From Phoronis australis (taxonomy: Eukaryota; Animalia; Phoronida), in NCBI GenBank assembly GCA_002633005.1, contig NMRA01000155.1:427844-491843 (forward strand): a stretch of DNA of 64,000 bases, read 5' to 3'. Of this stretch, positions 38,470 to 51,900 are shown one piece after another (the stretch's first letter is position 1; every line of letters begins with the position of its first letter). A program made the position numbers and the translations under genes. Under the pieces are notes generated by a model, which was not told the origin of the DNA, ran no database searches, and saw nothing but the letters and a program-made list of their open reading frames with translations.

Positions 38470-40770
38470 TCATGGGCGCACTCGGGGGGGGGGGGGGGGN
38501 AGGGGCTCGACCATTCGAGCCCCCCAATTTGGCGAATTGGGCAAAAAGGTCCGCCTCAATGAAACAAAAAGTCCGAGTAAATGAGACAAATGTCCACAAA
38601 CTCCACAGGAATTCCGCGGCGCGGATGCATTGGCAGGCCTGAACCCTGCGATTTGCTTAGTCTTCTTTGTTTTTTTTTCAGTTTTCAGTAAATGGTCACC
38701 ACTAAACGCAGAATTCGACCCCCTCCCTATATTTTAGGCTGGGTGCGCACCACTGACTACTCTACATGTTTCATTAAGAGCGCACTTACCGACTGTCCCG
38801 CTTTGACGGGCTACGAACTTAGACTAATACTGACTGTGATAGGCAACAGGTCATCACTACAAAATGAAAGAAAATTTGAAGATTTTTAATAACATATGTT
38901 GCTACAACATGTTTTTTGCATTTTTCATTATAATACTGCCCTCGAAATCTAACTTTCCTACCCAGTATGCGAAACGAGTCTGAAAGAAATCAGTGGAGCC
39001 GAGTTTGGCAAGCTCATGGTTTTAAATAAAACAAATGTTTGACAAAGTGGCTATAATCTTACAGAATGATATTCCTTTTTATATTTTTACAAAAAACGAT
39101 AAATAAAACGTAATTCATATAAAATGTTGTCAAGATGTTATTTATTCATTCATTTTAAATCTGCTATTTCAAGTTAATCGCTCTTTTTTCACAACAAACG
39201 CGTAGCCGGACCTCTCCTTTGGTTAACTGTCCGTGATAGCGCACGATCGGTACTTCCGAAAATATAAACCCAACCAATTTTTGTAAGCTTTTTAAGAGAC
39301 ATAATTAATTTGAGTCTCTTTTTAAAATTGCTAACAAGAAAAAAAAATTTAGCACATATATTATTTTGATGCCTCAGTATGAAACATTTTAAACAATTCA
39401 CACTTTATTCTGAGGTCCTGCAAGTTTTGTTACGAGCCAAATATGCCAATATGGTACGAGTGGATTACATCACTCTCCCACATTAACAATTTATAGTAGA
39501 CTGAGTGTTGACGATGGTTCTAATAATTAGCGTGGTGTGTATGGTGGGAAACTTGTCCACTGACCCACCGAAACGTAGGCATGACAATGCCTCTAAGCTT
39601 CCTATGAATTTCGTAAAACCTAGGCACCAAGATTCACTGAACCACGCGCGCACCCAGGGGGACTCGGAGGGCCGAACGAGCCCCCCCCCCATTTGGAAAA
39701 GTGGGGAAAAGGGTATGTCTCGTAGAAACAAAAAGTTCGAGAAAAAAGTCCGCTAAAAAGAATTCGGAATTCACACAATTCATAGCTTTGAACGAACCTC
39801 GTTTTCTCGTTTTTTTTTCTTTTTTAGTACCCCGTTTTTTTTAGTAAAGGGTCCACATTCTCGAAAAATCGAGTCCTCCTATAATTTAGGCTAGGTGCGC
39901 GCTTGTGAACAGCTTGGTTTTTCTCTAGTGGGAATTGGGGTTGGAGTTCTTCGAAAGTATTTGATACCCTGCAACCGCCTCCAAGAATTTTTAGTACCAC
40001 TCGCAAACTGAGCAAGCAGAGTTCTGATCTGTTTCCGGTCTGGAAAATATCACTGGTCAAGTCTGATCTGCCTGCTTGTCGTCTCGTCCCCCCTCGGACG
40101 GATACGGCTGTATCCAACATCATGACCAAATACTCGAGAGGTGACGACTTTTTCAAGGCAGATATGCCTAGCTTTTCTATTTCTGTGATAAAAATCACTA
40201 TTTCTAGCCCAGATATAAAATGTATTTTTTTCAAGAAGATAAAGTAGCGAGTTTAAACCTCTGTCCTAGAGATTCCGACAATCGTCTGATAGTAAGCGCC
40301 AAGAACTATACTTGGAAAACGATAAGCCAGAAAACAGAAAATGGGCAACTTTTTTCTACGAAAAAAGTTGAACTTCTTAGAAAAATCCAAATTTAAGTCA
40401 TGAAACGGACCCTGTGCTATATATATAATATAGGGACGAAAAACCAGTGACAGATTTTGGGGTGGGGGGCCAAGGGGGCCATGGCCTCCTAAAATTCTCC
40501 CAGATACCATTTGGCAGTTCGGGTTGCGAATTGCTGACTAGCTGAGCATATTCGCGCATCCAGGGGGGCTCGGGGGACGAATGCGGCACTGAATGAACAG
40601 GCCTTGAAGAAACCTCGTTTAAGGTCCGCAAGCATAAAAATTCGAGACCCCCTTCACTTCCCTACATTTTAGGCTGGGTGTGCGCGTGTGGCGAAATTAT
40701 TCTGGTTATTCATGTGTCCTGCCCCCCCCCCCCAACNCCAACTCAAAATCCTGGATCCGCCCCAGAAAGG
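38470..40770 (+). mobile_element. Cluster of three related GC-ended MITE copies (about 38470-38755, 39643-39907, 40552-40688) plus a GGATCCGCCC-type end
   Basis: Each copy starts GCGCA(C/T)(C/T)C.GGGGG and ends TTTAGGCT(G/A)GGTG(C/T)GC, with internal AAGGTCC/AAGGGTCC motifs. Confidence 0.7.
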
Positions 40771-43700
40771 AAAAGCAGGCGTCGGTATCTAATTCCTTCG
40801 CGATACAGACGAACAGTGCAGATTGCCTTCTTGAGTACGGAAAGTCGCCGGTTGCCCCTTGCATATACTTTTACCTCTCATTATTGCCTGGCTTGAATTG
40901 CTAAAATGAATCCGATCTTAACTGCTCATTCGTAGGCCTACAAGACCTTGAGATGTAGTACCGCGCCGATACAGCTTATGTTGTTTCACTTAAGTTACAC
41001 TTATTAGATTTTTATTTTACACTTAAACATCAATTAGCTCAAGTTAGGGACCGAGACCGACTCTCAATATAGTCATTGTAATTTCCTGAAAAAATCTACC
41101 GCAAACACGATTATTGAATTTGACACAACTAATGGAAGCTATTTTTAAACGGGAAATTTTGTGATCGTGGGTTCTTCGTCAGCCCCAGTGAGGCTCTTAA
41201 CGATCAGACAATACCACTTCCAAGGGAGAAACTCTGACACAAAACGCAGGCCAGGGCCTGTTCATTCTATCTCCAAAAATGCAAATAACATTTCTCTGAA
41301 ATAAAAAAACGTACCATAGATCGAAACAGATATGATATCATGGCCAGGATATTGGCAACACAGATTCCCCCAGCCTGATCGATTTATCAACACCACTTCT
41401 GAAATGAAGTGTATAATTATGAACCTCGATATGACTTTCCTAGAAAAGTGTGGCTACGTGTAGAAATCAGTTTATTCGTGTAACGGGGACCCGCCGTACG
41501 GACGTTCTTCAAGAAAAGTCGGAAACATTTGTCGTTTCTGTTTTCGGTTCCCATTGGTCGAGACACTGTTTGTAGAGCAGAAGGACAGCGTAAATCAATT
41601 TGATCAACCTGTTAACACGAATGTGCGAAGGGCAGCTAGCTGTCAATGATTCTCAGCTATGGAACTCACTCGTCACCTCCTGACGCTTGCTGACTAGACA
41701 AGTTAAATAACGGGAGCTTTTTAAAATATCTTTCCTATACTATATAGGCGTCTACATTGTGTCGACTGACTGTTAATTGGCAGACCTTATCATAAGGCCC
41801 ATGTGGGGCAGCTGGAGCTCTCGGCCAAACGAGTTGGACTGGAAGCCGAGGACTTTTCTGCACCGAGTCAGTTCGAGTCTCAGAGCGAGTCGTTAAATCA
41901 GTTTGACTCGGTGACCTTTGACTATGGGTAAGCCAGAGTTGTTTCGCTAAAAGTCTAAAAACTTGAAAGATAGGTGGGACTTCAATTAATGTATAATTGG
42001 TTTGCCTTTAGGGAACATTAGTATAGCCCTTTAATAAAGGCTTAAAACTCAGTGGTCTAGGGTACAAAGGTAGACGGGGGACGTCACACAATTTCCCGAC
42101 ATTTTTCCATCGTCACATGGTGAAAACAAACCCCCGTGACTTGAACAGTGGAAAACGATTGTCTTACTCATGACTTTTATCTTTGAGACTAGTAAATCGA
42201 GAACGGACACGTGCATCGTCACCGTGTATGGCCTATTGTTCAGCTCAGCAGAAGCAAACTGACTTTCAGGGTAGGCCTACTACTTTCTCAGGTCCAGAGG
42301 TCATTCACAACTGTTGCTATTATGGTGGAAGTGTGCGTGAACTTGAAATATTGCTTAATCTCAAGATCGCGTATGCGTGAACTTGGAATTGAACATATAT
42401 TTGGAATGGGCAATCAGGTGAACTTTTTTTTTCAGTGTAAAGAATTTTTGTAATTATTGGCCTTATTAACACTCACTTTCTCCTTTACGTAACTTGTGTC
42501 AAAGATTCGGAGGAATTTGTGATTGATTAAAACAATTATTGTTTGGTGAATTAGATCGCCAATAGCTGAAAAAAGATTAGTTGAGTTTTAGGTTATTTTA
42601 ATGACATAATTTGGTTTAGTGCAGTGCAAATTTTTATCCACATGAACGTGTTATATTTGAGTGAACTTGTCAAGTTTCCTCATGTAATCAAAGTTCACGC
42701 AACACTCTTCTGCTTAATCTTGAGATAACACAGGATTCCATTAGTCCACGCACAGCAGAACAATGCATACCAAAGGGTAAAAGCATTGTCATAACTTCTG
42801 CTGAATAAAAAGCAGGTGTTGCAAAATTCCAGAAGCAATCAGAAATGGTTAATATTTTCTGAAATGTGGTATATAATGTTCTACTTAGCACAAATCGGTC
42901 TTCACATGACCATCTTTTCTCAGTTTACTACTTGAAATTTAGTAAACTTGAGAAACAATATTTCAGGAAAGCTAAAGCATTATCAGCATGGCCAAATTTC
43001 AGTTCACATAAACATTCATGGACAAATCTCAAAATCAATTTTCCAAAATATCTTTTTTACTTTTGGCTACTAGCTTTTAAGATGTTCGAAAATTGATATT
43101 TTCATAAAAGTTGTTAAACAGTGCATTCATGGCTGATTGTGGGGAAGGCAAGGGGACCATGACCCCCTAAAATTGTCCCAGATTCCATTTGGCATTTGGG
43201 GGGTGCGAATGTGTGATGGGCAAAATCCTGGCTAATACTCTGCCCTTGCCCCCTCTAACTTAAAATCTTAGATCCGCCTGTGTTAAAGCCTCAAAAACAA
43301 GCTCGTTTAAAATCAGTCTAGAGGACAACATTGATAGCATGGTGTCTGTTTTGTTTGAGTCCGATAAGCTGTTTTTGAGATACGATGTTGTCAAAATTTT
43401 CATCAGTCATAACCAAGACAGCTAGACATCTACTTTTCACTTAGAGGTAAAGGTTAATATCGAAATTAAGTACAGCAATAACAGCTAAACTGTTGGCAAA
43501 TTTGGATGTAAAATTCCCTGCCTAAAAATCACAATGATGTGAATTTAATTGCCAATGACAAAAGAAAGACACGAGGTTGTTAGTTTTAAAAAATTTTATT
43601 TAAAAAATGTTTTTACAAACATAACACACTTTTAGATCAAACAATTTTTCTCTGTTCGAAGTTTTTTTTGGTGATAGCATTTCATAAACAATGCATCTTC

Positions 43701-45902
43701 TTCACAACATTTCTTGAAAGACGTTTAGAAACAGTATTTTTTAAATATTATTTAGCATCAGGCGCGCTGTTTACAACACACTGCTGGGTTACGTGACAAT
43801 CCTGGACTTTAAACGTTGGTTCAATGCTTTCTTCCCTTGCTATATCCCCGTAACGACACATTTAGCCAATAAATGAAGTCGGGATACTCATCCCTCGACA
43901 CGGGTGCGTAACGAAATTAGCGGTAGTCTTATTTTTCTATTCAAATCAAAGCATTTTACCATTTTTTAAGCTTCCATACCATTAGAGATTATCAAAATGG
44001 GTGCAGCCAATTTATTTTTTTAATTCAAGGGAATGTTTGTTTAAATAGCTTCACTGTTCTTGCCATAGTTTTTTAAAATTGAAAATTCAGAAACTCTACA
44101 TGTGTATCCTTACTGAATTCATACATTATCAGGACCTAGCTTTTCAATTTTTACTGTGTAATGGACCAGTAATATATAAAGTGGGTATAATTTTCACTGT
44201 AAAGTAGTATATTTAAAAACTTAACTAGGTTGGCCTTTGCCACATTAATAAGGTAATTGTTAGTGGCTTATCTTCTCTACCTACTTTAAACTTGATGTGA
44301 TCTGTTTAAGAAAATTTGACACTTGGACTAGACAAAAATCGTGCGTCGCAAGCTCGTTTTTAGACTGGAAAGGAGATCAGAAGTCAGTGTAAATAGGTCA
44401 TTATGACTATAGACGCAGTCGTACAAAACAGTGTGATAGATTAGTAAATAGTAATAAAATACCATTACCACTGGAAAGATTTTATATTCACAAAGTCTGT
44501 TAAAGAAATCATGACCTCAGCAATCTGATTCTTCCTAGGCGGGGGTACTGAGGTATACGAGACGTGCTTTTTAGAAGGGGAACGTTTTTCACTGTAAAAC
44601 TTCTCAGTTTTAGAGACAATGTGCTGTACATTCTTAACCAAAATAACTTCCAGAAAATTTACTTTTCTTTTGGCACATTCAGCTAATACAGCTGTCATAT
44701 AAACAACATTTCGTAAAGTTTTTAACGCATGCGGTGCAACAGATGGCTTAATTGTGTATCAGCATGAGAGATGCCAGGCAAAAGACTGCAGGGAACACTC
44801 AACAACTGACAGCATTGATTGATATCATGTCAGGATACATGTACAGCAGTTCGTGAGTCAATGAAAAACGCAATGTCACAGAATGATAGCCAACTTAGCT
44901 GACTTGATTATTATTATTATACATGCTTCCACCCCTGCATGCATCCTTTCATTCAGTAAATATCAGGTAAAACTTCACATCATAACATGAGGATGATCGC
45001 TCACAAAATATTTGAGACGGTAAATTAGAAGCAGGAATAATTATGTCATTTACCTGTGGCAGTGTCGTAGACTCACGTAGTGATATGCATGTGTTGTTTT
45101 CCAACATCACTCACAGTAGTGCATTTACTGTACCATTCCCCTGGACTGCTAAAACCAAGAAATATATCTGGATCTCACACTGGATGAAGCATTCTCCACT
45201 AAGCTTGACAGTCCATTTTGTTGATATACATGGCTGTGGTTAAGCAGACCAGAGCTTACACCTATGAATCAGAGGACTGGTGAAGTTATGTCTAATTTGT
45301 CTGTCTCAATGTTTGGTGTTGAAAATTCATAAAAAACACATCTTCCTCACAGCATTGTTTGGAAACGTTGGTTTGCCTGTCTTTCTTCCCTTGCTACAAC
45401 TGTCAAACCAATGACATCGCTCATTAGTAAACCAAGTTCCTAGCTCATCACCAAAATCTTGAAACATACCCCACAGGCCGGGGGGCATCGTGAATGTTCA
45501 GCATGGGCTCTGTTACATGTGTCCTGATCGAGTGAAGACACTGTCGCGCAGCCAACACACATTCAAGTACAAAGGTACATCGAGAAACAAACTGTGAAGC
45601 GGCGCACTCTCGTCTCAAAATGAGGTTTGATAGCACTGTAGTGAGTGCTCAAGTTTTGCCTGAGCTCAAGGTTTCGGCAAGTGTTGAACACATCAATGCA
45701 AACAGATCACTTGCAATATTTCAAAATGCAAACTCTTAAATGCCAAGTTATTGAAACTAAGTTGCGCAAATTCCAAAGCAATCATAGATACTCACAAATG
45801 ATGTATTTAATTTTTTCCTCAGGAATGGTTTGTTTGCCGGGTGTTGAAACTTCTATTTTTCGATCTGTGAGCTTAATGATGAATATTGTTTGTTTTTTAC
45901 AG

Positions 45903-48900
45903 CTGACAAAATTAACATTTGGATGGCTGTCGGCCTGGATAGTAAACGGAAAGGGAACCTTGATGGTGCAATTAGATGTCTGGTATCAGCAAAAGAAACT
46001 TCAAAACAATTTATATTACAACATCATGACCCTTCTCAGCAAGATCATTATCGTCGAATGTCTGCTGTTTGTTCTGTTGAGCTTTCTGAGATATTGCTGT
46101 TACTCAAGAACTTTGGTGAGGCTTTTGCTGAAGCATCTTCAGCAGTGGCAACAGACCCATCATTTTACAAGGTGAGAAACCACATGTACAGATTACTAAA
46201 GTCCACAGGAAGAAATTTACTTTTGCCGGCACAGATACATGCAACTTTGATAATCTCTCGTCTCGCCCTCAGAAACCTGGTCGGCCAGGTTTTGCCCCTG
46301 GTGTTGCAAGTTACTGAGGGACCTGTACTTTGTAGAATTTATGACTTAACTATGTAAGTGGAGCTTTATCAGAAAATAGTTCAGACGTTAGCAATCAAAC
46401 ACGGAAAAACTACTGTAGCGCCATTCCACATGAAATCCGCCAGAGGGTGTCTGGTCACCAGCTCAGAATTGTTTATCATATGGTACTCAGTATTAGCAAT
46501 TTTATTTTTTTACATTTACGTCTGTATCTTCAAAGATCCTCAATGTATTTTCCTAAAATTCGTCATATAAGCATCTATTACTGAGTTGACACAATTCCCT
46601 TGTTTCCGGATGAATTCGACATAGTTTGCGCCTCCTAGTGGCCATTTTTACTATTTTCGAGTGTTTTTGACGTTCACTCGTGTATCAACAGAACTGCTCT
46701 AAGGATGATAGTGACTAGAAAATTGGCATATATGTTTTTACTATGAAAAGGAGGGCCGATGACGATTTTCCAGTGGCTTTGGTTACTGTAGCGCATCCTA
46801 GTGGTAGGTATGTTTTTACGCCCAAGGCTGTATTTCCTAAATTGCTTGCAGAATCTTTACTAAATTTAGCAAGTGTATTTACATGCTACTGACAACGGAC
46901 GATGACGACGACTTTCTGACGGATCTGACAACCTGTGTGTCCCCTAGTGGCAATTTTAGTTTTTTTACGTTTACCTCAGTATCTTCAAAGGTCCTCAACA
47001 GATTTTCAGAAAATTCTGAATATAGGCATCTATTGATGGAATTGAGGTATTTTTTGCCACCTAGTGGCCATTTTTGCTGTTTTAGAGTGTGGTTTTTGGC
47101 GTCCCGACCCTTCCATCAACCAAACCATTCTAAGGATGGTTTTGAAAATTGGCGTATGTGTTTTTGGGATAGAGAGGATGGTTGACGATGACGACTTTGA
47201 TTACTGTGGCGCCTCCTAGTAGTAGTTTTGTTCTTTTTTTTGAGCCCATAGCTGTATCTACTAAACTCACTGTAGGATCTTTATTAAATTTTGTAAGTGT
47301 AATGAAGCTAACAACAGATGTTGACGACTTTCCAGCGGATCCGACAAACGCTGTGCCCCCCACTGTGGCAATTTCATTTTATTCCGTTTTCCTTGTGTTT
47401 CTTTGAAGTTGCTTGAAAGATTTTTATGAAATTTTGTAAATATCATTCTATTAAAGTAGCAATGCGGGCATGTTCCTGTTTTTGGATGAATTGATTGTTT
47501 TTGCACCATCTAGTGGCCATTTTTATGATACAAATAAAATAACCCAAAAGCACATCATTTGCGGTGCATTCGTTTCATCTGAGTGGATGACATTTTATAT
47601 AATGAGATCGGTTATAATTTTGAAAAAAGTTTCTGTTGTGGAAAATCTAGCTGTTACATACACTATAGATCACACCATTCATAAGAATGCATTTAAAATG
47701 AAACGAGTATCAGATGATGATCATTTTGTATTTCCTCAAAGTGTAAAGAAATTGCAAGGAGCTTTAGTATATGTCTGAAAATGTTGATATCTGCCAATTG
47801 ATCGTTTGAATACAGTGTGCAGTGTTATAGTGGTGAATGGTCTCACTGGAGGAAAGAAATTTAAGCTTCAATGCATACGCTTGTATGGTTTTAGGCTATT
47901 TAAAATAGTTTCAGTTCCTTAAAATTCTGTTAGAAAAGTCAAAGGTACAATTTGGGGACAAAAATGTTTCTCAAGCTCTATTATTACGTCGAACGGAAAA
48001 TGAGGAATATTACATCGAATGCTGGTTTGAGTGTATAGAGGATCGCTCTGAAGATTAAAGCGATGTTTCAGTCAATTATATGGCAAAATCAACCAATGGA
48101 CTACTGGTAATTGACCAACTGTTTCACAGAGAATTGATGCTGTGTTGCTTATATTAACATTGTGTGTGTGTCATATCTCCACCTGAGTTCAAGGGACACA
48201 GTGCACGCTATTGCAGACTCGTGCAAGAAGACACTGATCTGATAGAGCTAAGGCTTCCGTTCTTTAAATGAAAGTATGCATTCAGTACTTGAAAACTGTC
48301 ATAATGTCTAGGTATAGAGAGGCGTATTGCCTGAAGGGCTTAAGCACAAAGCTGCCTCAGTTATAAAACAGATTCCTTTAACATGATGCAAATTATTTGG
48401 AAACACATGTCAGGCAAAGCACAAATTTAGAGCCATTTTATAGACTCGTGGAGAAACAGGCTCCAGGTGCCAAATTGAAACAGCAAATGAGAGGGTTTGT
48501 ACATTTTTGGAGAATTTGGAAGTGTATCCCAGTGTAGGTCTTTTAATTTTCACAGCCAGATACCTTGATATGAATTTTTTTGCAAGTGAATTTCCTGCAG
48601 AAGAATTTTATTTTATGGTTTAGAAACCTTGCAAATTCAGCCACTGTTCACATAGCAGAGGGAATTTAAGGTTTGTTGGACTAAAATGCATCCTAAATGG
48701 TTGATAACAAACCACTGCAAAATTGGTTTTCAATGTGCTCCCCATAAAGACACCTCTGAACGTCAGAACTTGCATTTTGCTCCCAACTACTGGTGGATAT
48801 AAACTCATTGCGGAATTTTGGTTTATTTTTAGAGATTTGAATGCTTGTGTATGTTTACGCATATGAAATAATTTCAGTCCTTATTGGGAATGTTTGGGGC

Positions 48901-51900
48901 TGACTTGGGGTTTCAGACTGAGTGTGCCTGGCCAGCTGGTGTGTTGAGTTGTTTAGTGAATAAAGAACGATCTTCAGGATCACTAGCACTGTTTTTATTG
49001 ATGCGCACTGACTGGTGCTCACACTTCAACTAACTGGTGTTTACACTATGTAGCATATATATAGAGAGACCGGTAGAGGTGGCTCATATCAACATGGTGC
49101 TTGCCCAAGTATTCATAAATGTAAGAGAACCGATAGTGCAGTTTTGAGACCTCACGGCTTTCCGTCCGTTTCTACGCATACACTGAAGGTTCTCATGTTT
49201 TCATTCTTAAAATTTTGTAGGGACATCTACATTTTGGGAGGATGCTGAAGCAGGCTAAAAATCCTAAAGCTATTACAGCCTTTTTTAGTGCCCTTAACTG
49301 TGCTGAGCTGGGAGAGACTCAGCTGTCTGAAATAATACAAGAACTGTTAGACTACAGGGTTGAACCGTATTTACAAAGTAAGTGAATTCCAATTTTGAAG
49401 ATTGATAACCATGCAATTGTTTTGCATAAGACGTTCATATCTACCATAATTTTCAGGATCTTGAAGCTTTAATGCCTTTTTGTTTCAGACAAATTAACTC
49501 CAGCCTTCTGAAGTAGCAATAATAATTTTGTAATGGGAGTGTCATATGGCACTCTTTCCTAGATTCGAAGAATTCCTATCTTACTTATTGTAAATCCCAA
49601 ATCGGGTGAATTTTTCTTTTGCAAAGGCTGCTTTGTGACATGTATTAGAATTATTGCTGGACTAATCACTTTGTTCAACTCTGTATCTAATATCCCCTGT
49701 AGTTTAATGTCATTCATGCAGTTTTTGTGGGTCGCAAATGTCATAAATCACCTTCATGTCAAAGAATATTGTAATGCTTAACCTTTAAGATACTTTCCCC
49801 CTTCTTTCAAATTCTAAACCTTCCTATAGATTCCTCTTGTTCTTTCCTCCTAATTCTCTCATTTTGCTATCTTTACCCATGACGTAATTATAAATGTTGT
49901 AGTATTACTATTAAGTTATTGACAAGTTTTCTGAGGTAACACGCACAAAAGACCGAAATCGCTGGTGGATGTTTAAGTGTAACAACTGATGCCTGCAAAC
50001 TGGAATCCCATATGCCTCCTATAAACAGTTGAAACCTTAAGGCTGCCTTCTGCTGACCCAAGACACTCCCTAGGAAAGCTATTGTGATTTCTTGCTTTAC
50101 TTATAATCCATGGCGTTATCTTGCAAATGCTAGCATGATCCTGGCTGTGTTTTCATGATTTTTTGCGTCGCTGGAATTCAGCCCTGTTGTAGGATTCCTG
50201 TCAAAGTGTCTTCTGTCGCCTGTTTCTTAGGTCTTTCAGCATTTTTGTGTCTGTGGTTAGGAGTGAAATTGGTGGCTGAAAGCATATATGACTCGATCCA
50301 GTTTGTTACAAACTTTGTGGTGTAACCATAATTGCAGTAATTTCCTCTCACAGTACATTTTAGCTGATCAACATCTCAGTTTGAGATTACTTAACAGTTG
50401 CAGAAAACCTGTCGCAGTATGCTTTTCCTGGTAAAGTGTGGACTGCGTTAATATGTGACTTGAGCAAGAAACAGAGGTGGAAAGATATCTTATACATCCT
50501 CACCAAGCCCCAGGGTTTTGCATTGGCTCGCAGTGCGCGTGCTTGTAATGTGAACTACACCAGTCTGTTGAAATTGGGAGCTAAAGAATGGCGCCAATGG
50601 GCAGAAGAACTCCTCGTCAAGTTATTGGACAGAGGAGCTACCCCCAATTACCTGGTGGAACACAGGCAACTACCCCTCCTTCATGCTACAGTTTTCCAGT
50701 GTCTTGAGCAAGGTAAAAGCAATTAGATCTGTCTCTTATTGTATCAAAGTGCTTGGGAAGAAGTGAGAGTTTGTTGTCGCTCGAGTCTATGCTCAATGCA
50801 TAAATTGTTGCCAGTATTCTTCTTCTCATTAGTTTTGCTGTTTATGCAACATAATTGTGCCAGTGACCAAACCAGCTGCTAGCAGTTGAAAACAGGAAAA
50901 GCCACGTGTCGTGGTACAATTGTACGTGTTAACTCTATGCGCAAGCATAAACAGTATTGAAATAGCTAGATCAGCGGGTGTAAACATAGCTTAGTGAAGC
51001 TAAAACTTGCCGTAGCAATGAGGATAAAATAGCAGAAGAAAGGACAATTGGTATTAATTTTGCACAAATTCCTCAGATGCCTTGTAAATTTAAGGCAGAC
51101 AGTTTAGTCCTTGTTGGGACGGTTTGTGTGACCAGCCACGGGGATCCTGGCTTTTTATCTCTTGGGAAAACTGGTTGACAAAACGTATGCAGGGCTGTAA
51201 TTTACAAATTAAAACAATTATGTATACTATGACATCTTTGAACTGCTGAGAATTGAACTGTTCTGTGGCCATAAAGTGTATAAATCTGTTGGCTCATTTA
51301 TTAGCTCTCGTGCAAAGTGCACTTTTCGTTATAACTTGATTTTGGTTGAACCATGCATTTCTTTGTCTGTAACCTTGGTAGTGATCTAATGCTCTTAATT
51401 GCATTTGTAGGTTCAGAAAAGTTGTTGGAACACATTCTACGAACATGTAAATCTGCAGAAAAAAATGCAATGGATTCCGGAGGAAACACGTTGCTACAGA
51501 ATGTTTGCGAAAAATTTAATCTCATAAAAATAAAGTTCATCACCAGGCTGATGAATAATGGTGTGAATGGCTGTTTGATTTTGAAATATTCACTGTCAGA
51601 GTTGTGTAGTGTACCCACGAAACCAACAATGGAAACAACTTCCAAAGAAACCCTCCCAGAAACCACCAAGCTCCAAAGGGACCTCACCGAAGTTTCTACA
51701 TCTGGTTAGTACCTGCTACGATCTTGCATTGTGACGAGTTTGCACCGCCTGCAGAGCTTAAAATTGCTGATTACTTGCAAACTATTTGGCAGGACTCAGA
51801 AAATTATATTAGCACTTAATGAGTAAAAATCCATTCTTTCTTATATTGAAAAGGAAATGAGAGCTCAAAATTCACTATTATTAGTGTTGCTTAGTGAGGC

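Noticed and set aside
41140-42110. NF-kB/ISRE-like words upstream of the TRANK1-like gene
   Set aside because: Short imperfect matches in AT-rich DNA that cannot be distinguished from background without conservation data.
42292-42417. Two in-frame TGA codons in a symmetric 126-nt exon read as selenocysteine or readthrough
   Set aside because: No SECIS or selenoprotein similarity was seen; a UTR exon or an indel is a simpler explanation.
47714-47778. ATGATGA...CTGA as a box C/D snoRNA (also 32730-32810)
   Set aside because: No clear terminal stem or recognisable rRNA guide; the second candidate is antisense to its host gene.
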